From positions 434,001-498,000 of the forward strand of contig CM082577.2 in assembly GCA_040954595.2 (NCBI GenBank): 64,000 nucleotides of DNA, read 5' to 3'. Shown here piece after piece: positions 1 through 13,651 of the stretch. The DNA is from Balanoglossus misakiensis (Eukaryota > Animalia > Hemichordata). Numbering within the stretch: the first letter of the stretch is position 1; every line of letters begins with the position of its first letter. A program made the position numbers and the translations under genes. The notes under the pieces are model-generated. The model was not told the origin of the DNA, ran no database searches, and saw only the letters and a list, made by a program, of their open reading frames with translations.

Positions 1-3000
1 TCTTAGCCCTTAGCCAACTTGTAACTGATATACATCTATTTTGTCACCAGTTGGCAAAACAGCAGCAATATCTCTGTTACAGTATCAGTATGAGTATGTA
101 TGTCAATGGATGGGAGTATGATGTTGACACAGCATGTATGATGAGCCCCATGATGATGTTCAAGATGTCTCAGTAATAATGTGCATGTTTCTAAAATTTA
201 TGAGATAACACAGATGAATAACTTTGGAGAACCTTTTAGGACCCTAGTAATTGGAAGAGCAGAAAATTTTTTTTTAATTTTATTTTAATTCCAAACGACA
301 AACGCCCAAAAGAGAACAACCCCCGGCCATAACCAGCTGCAGCATCAAAATAGGGTCGGTCAGACCTTAAGAGTCAAAGCAAACTACTTCTCCTCAAGAC
401 ACTAAATTTATAATGAGTTCACTGATAAAAGCCTCCTCTTTCTAGACTTCTAACCCATTATGATCACCAGTTCAAACTGCTCTGACATTGCAGAGCAAAT
501 GATCACACTGCGCTTAGCTGAAAGCCACACTGAAAGCAAAACCATCAACATTCCCAGGAGGATTCTGCACTATGTTTCACCACGGTAACCCTTCCAGACA
601 AAATGTCAGCAAACATTCATCATTTGGCAAAGATTGGAGAGATAATTAAGAAAACAAATTGCCTCCATTCATCTTGGACTGTGAAGTAACTATGTAATCA
701 AATATCAATTTGTCGGCTTTCTCCCAAAAATTACTTCATATTCTGTGGAGGAACAGGTGACAATTGCTCTGCTTTGTGATGCTACATGTTGTCATTTTCT
801 TAATTCACACTGAAGCAGCCATCGTTCCTTTGAATTCAAACACAGGCAAAATGAACAACTACTGCAACTGACAGTTCGTGAATGTTATTCACACATACCA
901 ATACCACTCATATACAAATGAATACATAAGCAACAGTCAATGTTTGCAAACTTCTGGAAAATAATTATTTCAAACACATGACTTTAAAGGTCTACTCTGG
1001 GAGCATACTTTATAACTTGCATGTACAAATACCGGCATTGGTTTTTCAGGAAACAAAACATTTCCTGACAACGATTATTAAATGTTGTAAGGTTGTAAAT
1101 ATTGACTATATTCACTGGCTCGTGCAAAAACTGCAATTTCGAAGGAAGTTTTCAGGATGGACAAATGCAAGCGCACAAAAACACCGATGAAAAAGACAGG
1201 ACAAGAATGAAAAACTGAATTTTGATTTGAAACGGACATGTGCTGTTTCTCTCTCTTTTTGTTAAATACCAGACTGACGTTTTCAGACGACCACTATAAT
1301 TATATTGTCATCTTCACTGAGATTTATCAGTGAATGGCATGTCCTCATGAGAAAATAACTGCGGGGATTTGTTGTCAAGCACCTATCTTGTATGCAGACC
1401 ATGTCAAATCCAATCAGACTCATTTCTGGCAGTATCTGGGCAATTCTCACAGGCTGATAAAGTCACATCAGGAGCACCACTCAGCCTGTGGCGGAAATTA
1501 TTCGACGCTCTGTGGGAAGTGAGAATATACAGTGTAATTGGAACAACACTGTTAAACCCTAATTTGGATCCATGCACTAACAACAAACTACTACACAATC
1601 AGTATGTTCACTTTCATTCATTTAGCATGCGAGGCATTGATTGTCACCCGCAGTGAGGTATCAGCTATTTCTAAATGCCATTTGTACCGGATCACTTTCT
1701 AAAAATGGGCAGTCAACACCTTGTTTGCAAATCAGAATCAATTATCGACAATCACTTGCTTTTGTCCTTCAAGCATCGCGTTAGATTAGATTCACAGATG
1801 AGACATGTGACACTGAAGAAAAAGTTTCAGGCGAAAGCATTACCTATTATTGTCTGCAGGATTTTGGTGGTCACGCATCTCTACGAACGATGTCTGAAAT
1901 AATCATTACTACGAGGCAGGAATGACATTAAGGGACTTTCATGTTTGATGGAGTATATTACTTTCGGCATGAATGAATCACCAAACAAATGCAAGAGATG
2001 AATCTGCTGTTTCAGATTGGGTCTAGGGCACTGACGCTTGCAAAGGAGACACCTGTGGATGTGGCAAATCTTGAAGTACAAACTTTAAATAGTGTGCATC
2101 TCTATGGACTGATATCTAATAGCATTTGAGGCTATACAACATGTATATTCAATAAATATAAAATAGTCAATTCCATGAAATCCCAGAACGTAAAAGAAGA
2201 CACTGAAAAGAACTTTACAGTGACCATATGATTCAGGTCGACATTTTGTCCAAGAGTATTAACACTCCAGAGACGTTCTTGTATCTGATTCAACTTCAGT
2301 AAAATATTAAGCAGGAGATTTCAGCTTCGGGATTAATGCCACTGTGTGTGCCTGCACTGTGGGAATTTGTGTCATGTACATCCAATCTTTTGATAAGGCA
2401 TGGGTCGAACGTCCACTGGTGACCCAGGAGTTCCCAATTGGGCTGATTTTAAATCTTCTTGAGTTTTCATTCAATAGGAAGACTAAAATTACATCAAAGA
2501 AATGATGTACTGCTGTTGTACAATGAACAAGGAGGGCTTTCATAACTTGAATCTCATTCCGACAAGTCTGGCTACTAATTCTACTTTGCTTTCAGCTACT
2601 CAAAAAAGTTCATAAACTATTTAAAATGAGATAGGCACATCTCCAAATACCATTTTCTACATGCCGTATCATATTTTAATTGTGATGACATACTGCCACA
2701 TCATTTCATTTTTTATATAACAATATTACTTTAGTTTTCCATTCTATGATCAAGTCATAAATTATATATTACATCACAGAAACCATGCAATCCATCATAC
2801 TCCAGCAGTCATGGTACTATAGTACTTACACAGTGCAATGGGAAAAAATTCATTACAGTAAAATGATGAAAATATGAAAGAAGTCAATATTATCTGATGA
2901 AAAAAATGAAAAAAGAGACAAAGTACATGTACTAGTAGTAGACATATGAGTTCAAAGAAGTTCTTCAAAATCTTACTCTACAGTGAAACATCAACTTTTT

Positions 3001-6000
3001 TTACCCAATAGCAATTATTATTTTATTTGACCACCCCCACCAACCCCCACCCCGGCATGAAGCAAAAACTAGAGCCAGAAAGTAGAATTCAGATGGTCGG
3101 CTTATACTTGAAGTACCCGGTATAATATTAAGTGACTTAATTGAACGGGCATGTCTATCGATCTCTGCTGGAATTTGCATAGAGCATGCTCTCTTCAGTA
3201 ATTTAGCAAGTGCCTGTTCATATCACTGTGAAAGACCTTCAAGGCCGCATACACCCACTCGTGGAGGTTATCAACATTTTTTTTCCAATTCTGCCCACTC
3301 ACTGTTTCATCCACCATGATAAATGTGTGTGTGAACATGTTATTGAATTACAATACGACGTCAGATATTTACAGAAATCCAGCAGGGACAACAGATCAGG
3401 GTTTATCACACATCACAGGGAAACAAAGATTATTTCAAACATCCTACCAACCCAGTACCACGACACACAACAAATTTCAGCAATACATAGTTTGAGTAAT
3501 ATTTGTACACATGTATATTTTATGTAAAAATAAGGCTTTCACTTTTGTGTTGAATTGTTTTTCTTTATGATTGGCTAATTACTTTTAAGAGAAATTTTAG
3601 ACTCTATAATAGTGGCCATGAATTCACCAACACATGAAGGCAGCACTTTGGAAAAGGTTTTCAGGTATTGAAGTGGGTGTGGCTTACGGCTGTTATCAGC
3701 TTATGTATCTGCTAAAGGTGTATAAAATGAAGATTGCGTCATGGGAATTGGACTGTAGGAAGAGAGAGTATAATATGTTGTAGGAAGAGAGTGTTACACT
3801 GAGCTAAGCAAACAGTTTGAACCAGGTAGTGTTATCCGACAACGTACTACTGACTCAAAATGGAATCTGCGTAATGCCAGATGGTACGGATGAAATCTCC
3901 TATACCATATGCTACCACACAACCATTCTTTCATATCATGACATGATTTCTTAATGAAAGGGAGCATGCATGCAAATATAAACAACATGGAAACACCAGT
4001 CCTCACGGCTATGGACACCGAATGTTTAAACAGTGAAACACTGATGGTCATTGAACATTTGGACTTATTAATTATAATTATATCAGAAGTTTTACAAACA
4101 TTGCTAGTTTTTATCAAAGATTATATTGCCAAAACAAACTAGCAATCATCTGGTGTGAAAATGTGGCATATAAAGCCAATGCTGAGCAAAGTTACATTCA
4201 GCATAAGTAAGATGGGAAAAAAATAGAAATATATCAAAGTGTGCTATTTGGAATACCAAAGAAACAGTAATAATATCACATGGGCATTTAAAAAAAATTG
4301 TGAAAGGGTTTTGATAGTTAGTCCCAATTTTCACCAAGACACAATTTATATTGGTGTCAGCAAGTGATAACCAACTTGACCAAAATGCCGTTAGTACAAA
4401 AGGCACACATGGGAGATTTTACTGAACTTACCCTTTCATCATTTTCATGTCATGTGTCATCCAGATATCAGTGTAATGTTTGAATTTCCTTGGGGGTGAA
4501 TTCTCTGCAGCATTAGTTCTGCATGAAATATCTGGAGCAGTATGATTAGCCATTTGGTTTTCACTCGGATCAAGGTATGCATTATTGATGAAGACTCATC
4601 AGGGGGGACACAACAACAAAAAGCATTCACATTAAAGTTCGAACATCTTAAAGGTTCGATAAGGTGTGAACTGCAAACATACAAAACCGTTTTCATCCAA
4701 CTACAAATGTTTCAATCTTATCAACACTGGCGATTCAAAAATAAAACTTTTAATCCTAACATAAATTTTTCAACCTTATCAACACTGGAGATATTGAACT
4801 TGCCAATTCTGTGATCGCATCGTAAATCATAAAATTGACACACGGATGACATTACTGTATGTGAACGTGAATTGCGCTTACACAAGTGACCTTTACAGAT
4901 TAAACTACTGTTAATCAATAAATCCCCAGTAAGCGACGGGCTGGCATCATTCATGAAAAATGAACACAGGGAATCTATGTACTTGGCATGAAAAGATTAA
5001 AAAGCAGTGGGTGGGAACAACATAATATGATTTCCCTTCACAGGGAGCAGCTGAAAGTAGCTGATATGAATTTTGTCAGCTATGCTGGTTCAAAATCAAC
5101 ATCACAACTGCAAAATAAATCCACATGAATGCCAAATTAATCATTACATATAGCTGGCTTCACAAAAAAAGAAATATTGAGAATACTTTCACCCTGCCCT
5201 TATGCTATGGTCAATTATGACAGTAACAACATCATACGCATAGATTTGATAATTTGCAACATGGTTAATTATTCACCTATGGCTTATCAAAGATTTCCGT
5301 GGGGATCGAAGCCAAGATTTCCGTGGGGAAAATTGGTACGTGTCAGTCATCAATCATCCACCAAATATCCGAATCCGTCACATTTACAGGTTCCCATTTT
5401 TTATCCATTTTTAGAAATGTATATAATTATAAAGATGTAACATACCGGTATACACAGGTATGATGTGAGAGATGTCAGTTTTAAGTAGCACCTTTTATGA
5501 TGATCATGATGTTTCTTTCCTAGAGGCTGGATATTAACAGTTTGTATCACACTCAAAACCTGAGATATAGAAAATAGCCCACAGCTGGCAGAAACAACTT
5601 GGTTGCAACAAAGAAAGAAAAAAAGTGTGGGCTGTTAAAATCATGTGTCCTCTTTGATGTGAAGCAAGGCTTCAAAAAAATCAAGCTGGTGCTGTCATGT
5701 AGCACCAGCTTAATTTTAGAAAGCAACATACATCAGTTGATAATTTTACCCTTTATCCCCCAGGATACTCGCACCCTCTGTCTCATACGCAAAAAACTGG
5801 CATTTTAGGGATCAAAAGTTTATCTCCATCAGTTTAAAACATGCATGCTTGAATCATTCAGCAATAAACGAAGACAGCTGGTAACTCACGCACAGAGAAT
5901 GAATTATTCAAACTCATTACACAACGCTATATATGTGCAAGTCAGTATTTGTGTTCATGTATTCTGTATGAATAAGCAATAGCCAAGGTTTTTGCTCATA

Positions 6001-9000
6001 GCATGATTTCCCAACCATACAATTGGGCTTCCCTTGACAAAACACTTCCTTATCAATCATACACACACTAGTTTGAAAATAACAATCCACCCTATTGCAC
6101 GTGCACCTAATAATGATAATATTGCAACAAGCTCGATTTGTCTATTTCCATGGAAACTAGATGCACATCCTTTCTACTTGTACCGGTATGACAATACATT
6201 GTTCTTTCTGCTTCAAAAGATTAAAAAAAATCTTTGTATGAAGTCGTGTTTACAGAAAGGCAATATCACTTTACCACGTTAATTGAAATCATTTCACTAA
6301 TTGCTCCAGACATTAAAAAAAAGTGTTCTCATACTGAAATTCTTATCGCTAAAAATGACTTATTTTTTTAAGTCACTGGCTCCCTGATAATGTCCTTTTT
6401 GTCTACCGATTTATGTGACCCTACAATCCAGGGTTTCTAATGAGAGTAACTGAGGCGGATTCCAAGAATATAAGAGCATACCAGGCCCATTGCATCAATT
6501 TTTGGGTAATTTTGATGTGTCATTACGCAGACCCACTTTAAATCCAACAATCTGCCAGTATTCTTTTTGCATGCATGCAGTGAACTCCGACTCACGTGGC
6601 AGACACACGCAGTTGCAACACATCAATGCCTATTTTAAAGCTGGATTCAACAATTCTCTGATACTTTGATGAAATGTTTACTGCAGTTTGGTCATATGAT
6701 GAAAAGGTCGTCTTCTGTATCACTTAATTGTGCAGAGAGTAGTGCTGATACATGTGACATCAAAAACTATTTAATATTTTTTGGCCTGTGTTTGTCTTGT
6801 TCTAATGCTGTAACATACAGAAATGTCAGCCATCCAAGCTTTCCTCAGTCACGGGAATAGCATCAAAACAATGACACAATTTCTGGAGTGCACCAAAAAT
6901 TATGTGACAGTACAGCTTTAAACGTTAAAGGGGAACATAATGTAAACAGAGCATGTGCATTTTATGCTCATTCTAGATCCATGAGATACCTCTGGCTCTG
7001 TACTGTTCATGTGTTCTCACATCTGTCCTCCACTGAGTAGCTCATAAAACAGCACTGAAGATCAACCTTTTCAGAATAAAGTGAGGTGGATATATTGCAC
7101 CTAATTTACAGCTCGATCTACGGAAAGAAGCTTTTAAGATATTTAAAAAAGGAGCATCAATAAAGTTGAGTCCCTGGGAGAGCTAGATAGTTAGAAATAA
7201 ATCGTTGAAATTTTTCCTCCTTCTCCAGCTGGCTCCCTTGGTTACCATGACAATGAGAAAACAATGACATTTGAATTCTACTTAAATGGGTAATCCATGC
7301 ATCACGCTACGTACATGATTGTGAAGTTGTAAGTTTAATTTTACCATCTAAGCCTATGGATTTAATACCGTGTAACTGAGATTTTATACATCCTGAATGA
7401 ACCTGCAAAACTTTCTTTGGGTTCCTGCTCTGATCGGGATCAGCATGCTGGCATGTACACTACAGGGAAAGAATGGCAATACACAGGGGTATCACACAGG
7501 GGTTTCTGCAATAGTCTGAAAATATACATTTCATTCTCAGTAGAGGCTGTAGCATTTATGCTATCATTCATTTTTTTTTTACTTTCTTATACTTATCGAG
7601 TGCACTCTCAGTTTTGAAAATAACAGCGTGTGTTATGCATATTTAAATTAGAAACAGAAATACACGGGTTTATCAATGTATATTACACATAGAGCAATTC
7701 AAAATTCCAGGAATTTCCAGATTCCAGGAGTTTCCAGGAGCGTACAAACCCTGATACTAAGGGTTTTTATCCTTCTCAGCAAAGGAACCTCATGACTCAA
7801 GTCCTCAAAACCAATCAAAATTCCAGGACTAATTCCCTGTTTTTCCTTTGGTTTTCCTGGGTGCTGGATAAAAAAAATCATTTCCATGAGTAATTATATT
7901 TATAGTATGTTTTCAAAATAATCAACATTTTGTGTGGCAGCATACCGGTAAGAAGCTAAATTAACTTTCCTGTGCAGTGTGCTCACAAAAAGACCTTAAT
8001 CTGACAGAGGTTGATTAACTTCCAGGAATTCCCGACAACATACAAAACATGAAAGCTACACAGTTCTATAACTGTCAGATACGTTCCACTATTAAATATA
8101 CATCTTGCTATCTAATTATATTCTTATCGCATATCCCTTGAATGTATGCAGGATTTCAAACTGGCAAATGATGCCTTTTGAAAATTGTTTCCCTCAAGCC
8201 CTCGAGAGACGTCAAGAGCCTTCCTGTGGGGTCATTTCAAGCAGAAAATTGAGTTACTGGAGTCTGTCAACCCTAAATTGGAAACATTTATATGGTACTT
8301 AGGTAATACAGCTGGGATTTCTGCAGTGTGTATGCATAACAATTGGTCAGACCCAAGTCTGGCAATAGGGTGCTTAATGCACCAGAACCAGTGCAAGACA
8401 TATCAACTGATACAATTTTTCATCTGTGGTTGTCACTTTTTTTTTTGAAATAGTGAAACACAGCCCCTGAATGTAACCTTCTTATCCCAATGAAAACTTC
8501 TTGTATCAGTATATAAACAAAATTCTACAAATCTTTTTTAAAAGTCATTCTGGATATCCAATGATGTCTAAATTTTTCATGTCAGCTTATTACTGAGTTA
8601 CTGATATCGCTGAAACCTGTTGGGATATTAAAAGCAATCCCCTGCAAAAAAGCTGAGTCTGAAAAATTTATCTGAAATTTGCTTTTCCGTTGCCAGTTCC
8701 TGTTCTCACACAATATTATCAGTGCCACTGGGAATACTCTCTACATTTTTGTAAAACCGTGTTCAGTTGGACGACAAGTAGTTGAAGTACATTGCAGGGT
8801 ATAGTTACTTGAAATAGGTTTGAGTTTTTCAATGTAGTTTACCTTTAATTTGAAAGTTCCATACATTAATTTTCTAAACTATGTGGATCCTGCTCATGAT
8901 ATCATGGATAATACACTGTCCGTACCAGGCTATTCCCAGAGGTGCACCAGACACAAAACCAAACAGCGTCAATATACCAGCAAACACACAATTTTCCTAC

Positions 9001-11080
9001 GAGTGGCTAGACACACCTTTTCCACAGTGCAAAAGAGGCAACCGCAAAAGTGATAATCATTTCACACCTTGACAAGACGTACGAGTCCCAGGTACGTTAA
9101 TAGGACAAACGCACAAAATGTATACGCCATAAAATTCACAGAGCAGAAACTCAGAAGGTGCTAGAGATCTAAGCGACCTATAAATCGTTGCCTTATTATG
9201 GCATAATTCTCAGCCATATAAATCTGCCTGGTAGCCATTATAGCTATACTAATCACAGCCAGGTGATACCCACTATCAATCATACCCTGGTGTCCTTGAC
9301 AATTTATCACATAAGACGTCAAACCCAAATGACTTAAAATTTGCTCCACGAAAGTCCCGCATTTGTGGGGAAATTTTCCCTATAATCACTGTTGGATGTC
9401 TTTGGTTTATTGGGGGTGGGTGCATGCTCTCTGGATGAAATTTAAAGTTCATCACTCATGATCCATTCAGCAATTTAATGCACCTCATTTACATGGAGTT
9501 TCAGAGTTGCACTGCAGAAAGGGAGCGAATAATTATGTAACTGCCAACGGCATATCTTACACAATTTGCAATGAAATCATTGGCCAAATGGATTTTGAAT
9601 GGAGAGTGCTATTAACGAAACCATTTGTGCACAGAACTCTACATATATTCCTAAGCGTGTGTGTTATATGGTGCACAAGTTCTTTTGTTTACCAGTCCAA
9701 CAAAATTATTTCTCAGTCTTCTCTATCATGCAATTAGATACAGAATAAAGGCCCAGCATGCCCTTGACAAGGATGTTTTCCTACATAATTCAACCTTCAA
9801 TTATTCTTCAATTACTCCCAATAATTAAGAAGGTAATACGCGGCGTAATTTCCCAACCTGAATGTTGGGACACTGTTGATTTTAATGGAAATGAATCCAC
9901 CAACATTGCCAAACACAGTGATCTCAATGGAGACACAAGCTTTCATTTGCAAAACTAAATGCCAAGTATATGCCAGAAACAGTTTCAATGACTTTTAAAT
10001 TTACAGACAACGTAGTTAATACGGCATGTACATCAAACAACTTACATCAGAACCATAGTGGAAACTGCAGGTGCTCGTGTTTTAAAAACCCGCATTAAAT
10101 GATTATCTGCTGACAAACAGTATCAAGTTTCAGATTTTCAAACTGATGCCTGGTCAGGACAGTACCATAAGCTGGGAAAATCTCCAGCTTCAAAAATTTC
10201 ATGGAAACTCCAATCAAAAGTGGTACGGGCCTACCATGAATCAGGAGACTAGTATTATTAAATTTCTCTTTCAAGAGATACTTTGATTTATTCATGGCAA
10301 AAACAGCAATATCATAAAACAGTCCATGATTTATTGTCAAATTTTAATCAACCCAGAGTGTCGCCTAACAACACAGGTGCTTCCTAAATGATTATGCATT
10401 CCCACCCACAAGAAATGAGGATCGGGAAAGGAAACCTTGACATTTAATTTCAAATATCATTTACCCTGCATGGCTGCACTGCTACAAAGTAACATGTAGC
10501 TAGAGTTCACATGTATATCAATGCCCAACTTGAGAATTTAGTAACCTAAGAAGTCAATACATGAACTTGAGAAGATACAAAGAAATACAAACACCTACCC
10601 GGTACATGTACTTGTTCAGATACATTGAACCCCACACTTACATGTAACCAGCATGAATAGAAAAACTTAATTAAATTCAGGCCCTTCTTTTGATGTAGAT
10701 GTCCTCATTCACACATATACAAATGCAATTTTCTGCAGTCCACAACACATCACCATAACAACAATACAGAAACCTAGATGTCTCATGGTACCATGCAAAC
10801 GCCAGTGAATATTTTACGATCCTAGGCTGAGGTCCACTGCTGCAGAGTTATTCAACATGATCTCACTGTATTGTGAGAATTAAATGAAAACTCATCATTT
10901 TCTGGTCCACACATGATGAATTTGTCAGGTGGAATCTAGTGGCCAACTTTACAGCTGGGTGACTGTCGTAAATTTCTATGCACACAGCCATTTGGTCTTT
11001 CCGGCCTGACGTAACACTTTGTCACAAATATGTCTAAGCACTGTGCTTTTTGCAAGACTATACAGGACTGCAAAACAGCC

Positions 11081-11172
11081 TTAACAATTTCATCACTATG
11101 GTTTGATCCAAACCCAGTTTTTTTAAGGTAAAGTTAGACCTCTATAGCATGAAACAGGAATGAAAGGGTTAA
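11081..11172. mobile_element. ~90-bp piggyBac-like mini element (TTAA...GAAAGGGTTAA)
   Basis: TTAA-bounded; 3' part gcatgaaacaggaatgaaag matches the copy at 13626 (gcatgaaataggggtgaaag); similar end gtgaaagggttaa at ~63797. Confidence 0.45.
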
Positions 11173-11470
11173 AGGGACAAAACCGCTAACATTTGACATT
11201 ATTTTGGCTATTTATGTTATTCTACTTACTGAAAATGAAACAGCTGAACTAAATGACCACTTGCTACAACTTAATTCACGCCCTGTACACGGATATAACA
11301 TGTAGATACTTCTATAATATAATTTTTGGTACAGATCATAAATTAATGGATGGAAGTATTAATGTGTAATGTACATGTGTGGGTTGTCACGGTTGTGAGC
11401 TGATAGGTCATAATGTTTATGACAGTGAGTAGAACACCATAAATAGCCAAAATAATGTCAAAAATTAGCG
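11169..11470. mobile_element. MITE relic with ~48-bp imperfect inverted repeats (TTAA-AGGG start, Kolobok-like)
   Basis: 11184-11231 is the reverse complement of 11423-11470 (core tttgacattattttggctatttatg exact). Confidence 0.6.
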
Positions 11471-13561
11471 ACTTTGCTTCAATTTGGAGACTTCAGTCTA
11501 CTCTTCAAGAGATAAATTTACGCCACGAAAAAAATGGCTCAATGCATTTTTTCTGTCTTCATATTTTATGCAGCACCAGTCAACTCATTTAAAAGGCACT
11601 ATTAAAAATATCACCTGTACAGGAATACTGATATGTCAGACTGGATTCGAGAAAGATCATAAAAATTATCATATCAACACATGGAAAATAATAATTCTAC
11701 TATCTATAGATAGGCTGCGTATTGAGAAAAGAGCGCTCTTGTAAATTTGCATAACAATAGCATTGGCTGTTTAAATATCTTGTGTAAATAAATCTAATTT
11801 CCAGCCATATGTTGAACGATTTCCACACTTTTCTATCATTGTGAGACTTGCATATCAAGTAATGTACATTTGACATCCTGAATGTGGTTTATCGGTATTG
11901 ACATTACATTTTAATTTTTATATGATTTTGATTATTGATATATTTTATTTTCATGGGATATTCGCTGCATATTGTTAAATTTCAACGGAAAATATTATCA
12001 GTTAAATTTATTGACAGTTTTCTGATAATTGTGAACAGTTTTGAAATTTGAATCATGCATGATTACTCATTACAGGGTTCACATTTAGTACATGAAATCT
12101 TCAAACAATGGGGCATGTTCATTGTCAACTCTCTGTAAACATTGGGGATTTAGTTGATAATTTGACCTGCGTTCATAGAAGAATGAAACCAATCTGTTTC
12201 TGCCACCATTCTGTACACTGTTTGTGTATCAATTCATCATTTTATGTGGCTATGTTGTGAACTACCAGTCCATGTTGGACCATGTTGGACCCCAAACTAG
12301 CCTAGCACCAGTGTGAACCTGTTGACAATGAAGTTTGATGTACCCAGTAAGAAGGCCAACAATATCGGAGCAAATTGGCAAATTTGCAGGTTTGAATGTT
12401 GTGTATGACTAACTGTTAAATATATTAACACTGACAAGTGATTCTGATGGAAGAAACCAAATTTACAATTTACCTTTGAAAAAAGACTGAATTATAGTTG
12501 TCAATCCAGCCAGATGATTATCCAAATTACAAAGGGGGTTATGATTACTTAATCATGAAAATGATTTATCATCTTTTTCCTTGATTATCATTTGTTGGGT
12601 AACACATGACGATATTGTAGAAATATTAAAACTAGTACTGTACACATGTATTATTGTTTCTCAGCCCAAATTGATTTCGAAAATTGGTCAAAATTGTCAC
12701 CATTTACGTGTCTGACACAATTTCATTTCACCATGTACAGAGCCCATCACTCTCAATTTCAGAGCGTCAAAAATTACCATTGCAATCTCACAACACAGCA
12801 TGCGTATCTGAATACAGATGTCACATTCAGGTTGATTGATAATACACCAAAGACATGGCGCCGAACGAGGGGGAAAATAATTCCAGTGTTGCGTATTTGC
12901 TTGTGTGCATTTGCGCGTTACTCAGAGGGGCAGCCATGATCAGTATGATAATGTAATACCCGATGTTGAATGAACCATGGAAAATTTCCGCTACACGTTT
13001 ATCTACCACGTCAACTGTAACTTTACGGACTGAATGCTCTCCCCCACATTCGCACTTAACTTTTTCGCCATTTCATTCTCTCGTGCAAAAAGTGCACACA
13101 TCAACACGTGATTAAAAACAGAATTTTTTTCTGCTTCACTGCAGTACGGTATGTGAAGAGCTATCTCTGAGGCAGGAGCAGATTGGTAATGCAACGAAGA
13201 CTTATCCCCTGGGAAACCAGTAACTGATGATACGTGGCCATCGAGATGACGCGCCAATGTTATTCTATTCGTGTATATGTACGTGTGTGTACACAGTCTG
13301 CCCATTTTATGCATGGATAGTGGGTTTTTATCAGCACTGGCTGCCAACATTAATGATGTAGTAGTTGCAGCGATATGGACTCTTCTCAATCAAAACCACT
13401 TCATATTCCCATAAAAAAAGTGGGTGAGATGACAGACGCTATCGCATGATCACCCTATAAAACGCACAGCTGTATAAGTCTCTTTAGAGAATCCTCTTGC
13501 ATTTTCAGCGTCACCTGCACCGCTGCAACAAAGGGCAATTTCGCACAATCACATCACCAGC

Positions 13562-13651
13562 TTCAACCCTTTCACTCTAACAATTTGGTACACTCTTGCT
13601 TTCAATGGTGTGGATGGGCCCATTTGCATGAAATAGGGGTGAAAGCATCAA
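13562..13651. mobile_element. Second degenerate copy of the ~90-bp mini element
   Basis: aaccctttcactc ... ggggtgaaag imperfect terminal inverted repeats; similarity to 11081-11172. Confidence 0.4.

Noticed and set aside
7699-7870. Repeated TTCCAGGA motifs as STAT-like sites
   Set aside because: Abut cgtacaaaccctg, which looks like a DNA-transposon terminus; more likely a repeat fragment and too degraded to call.
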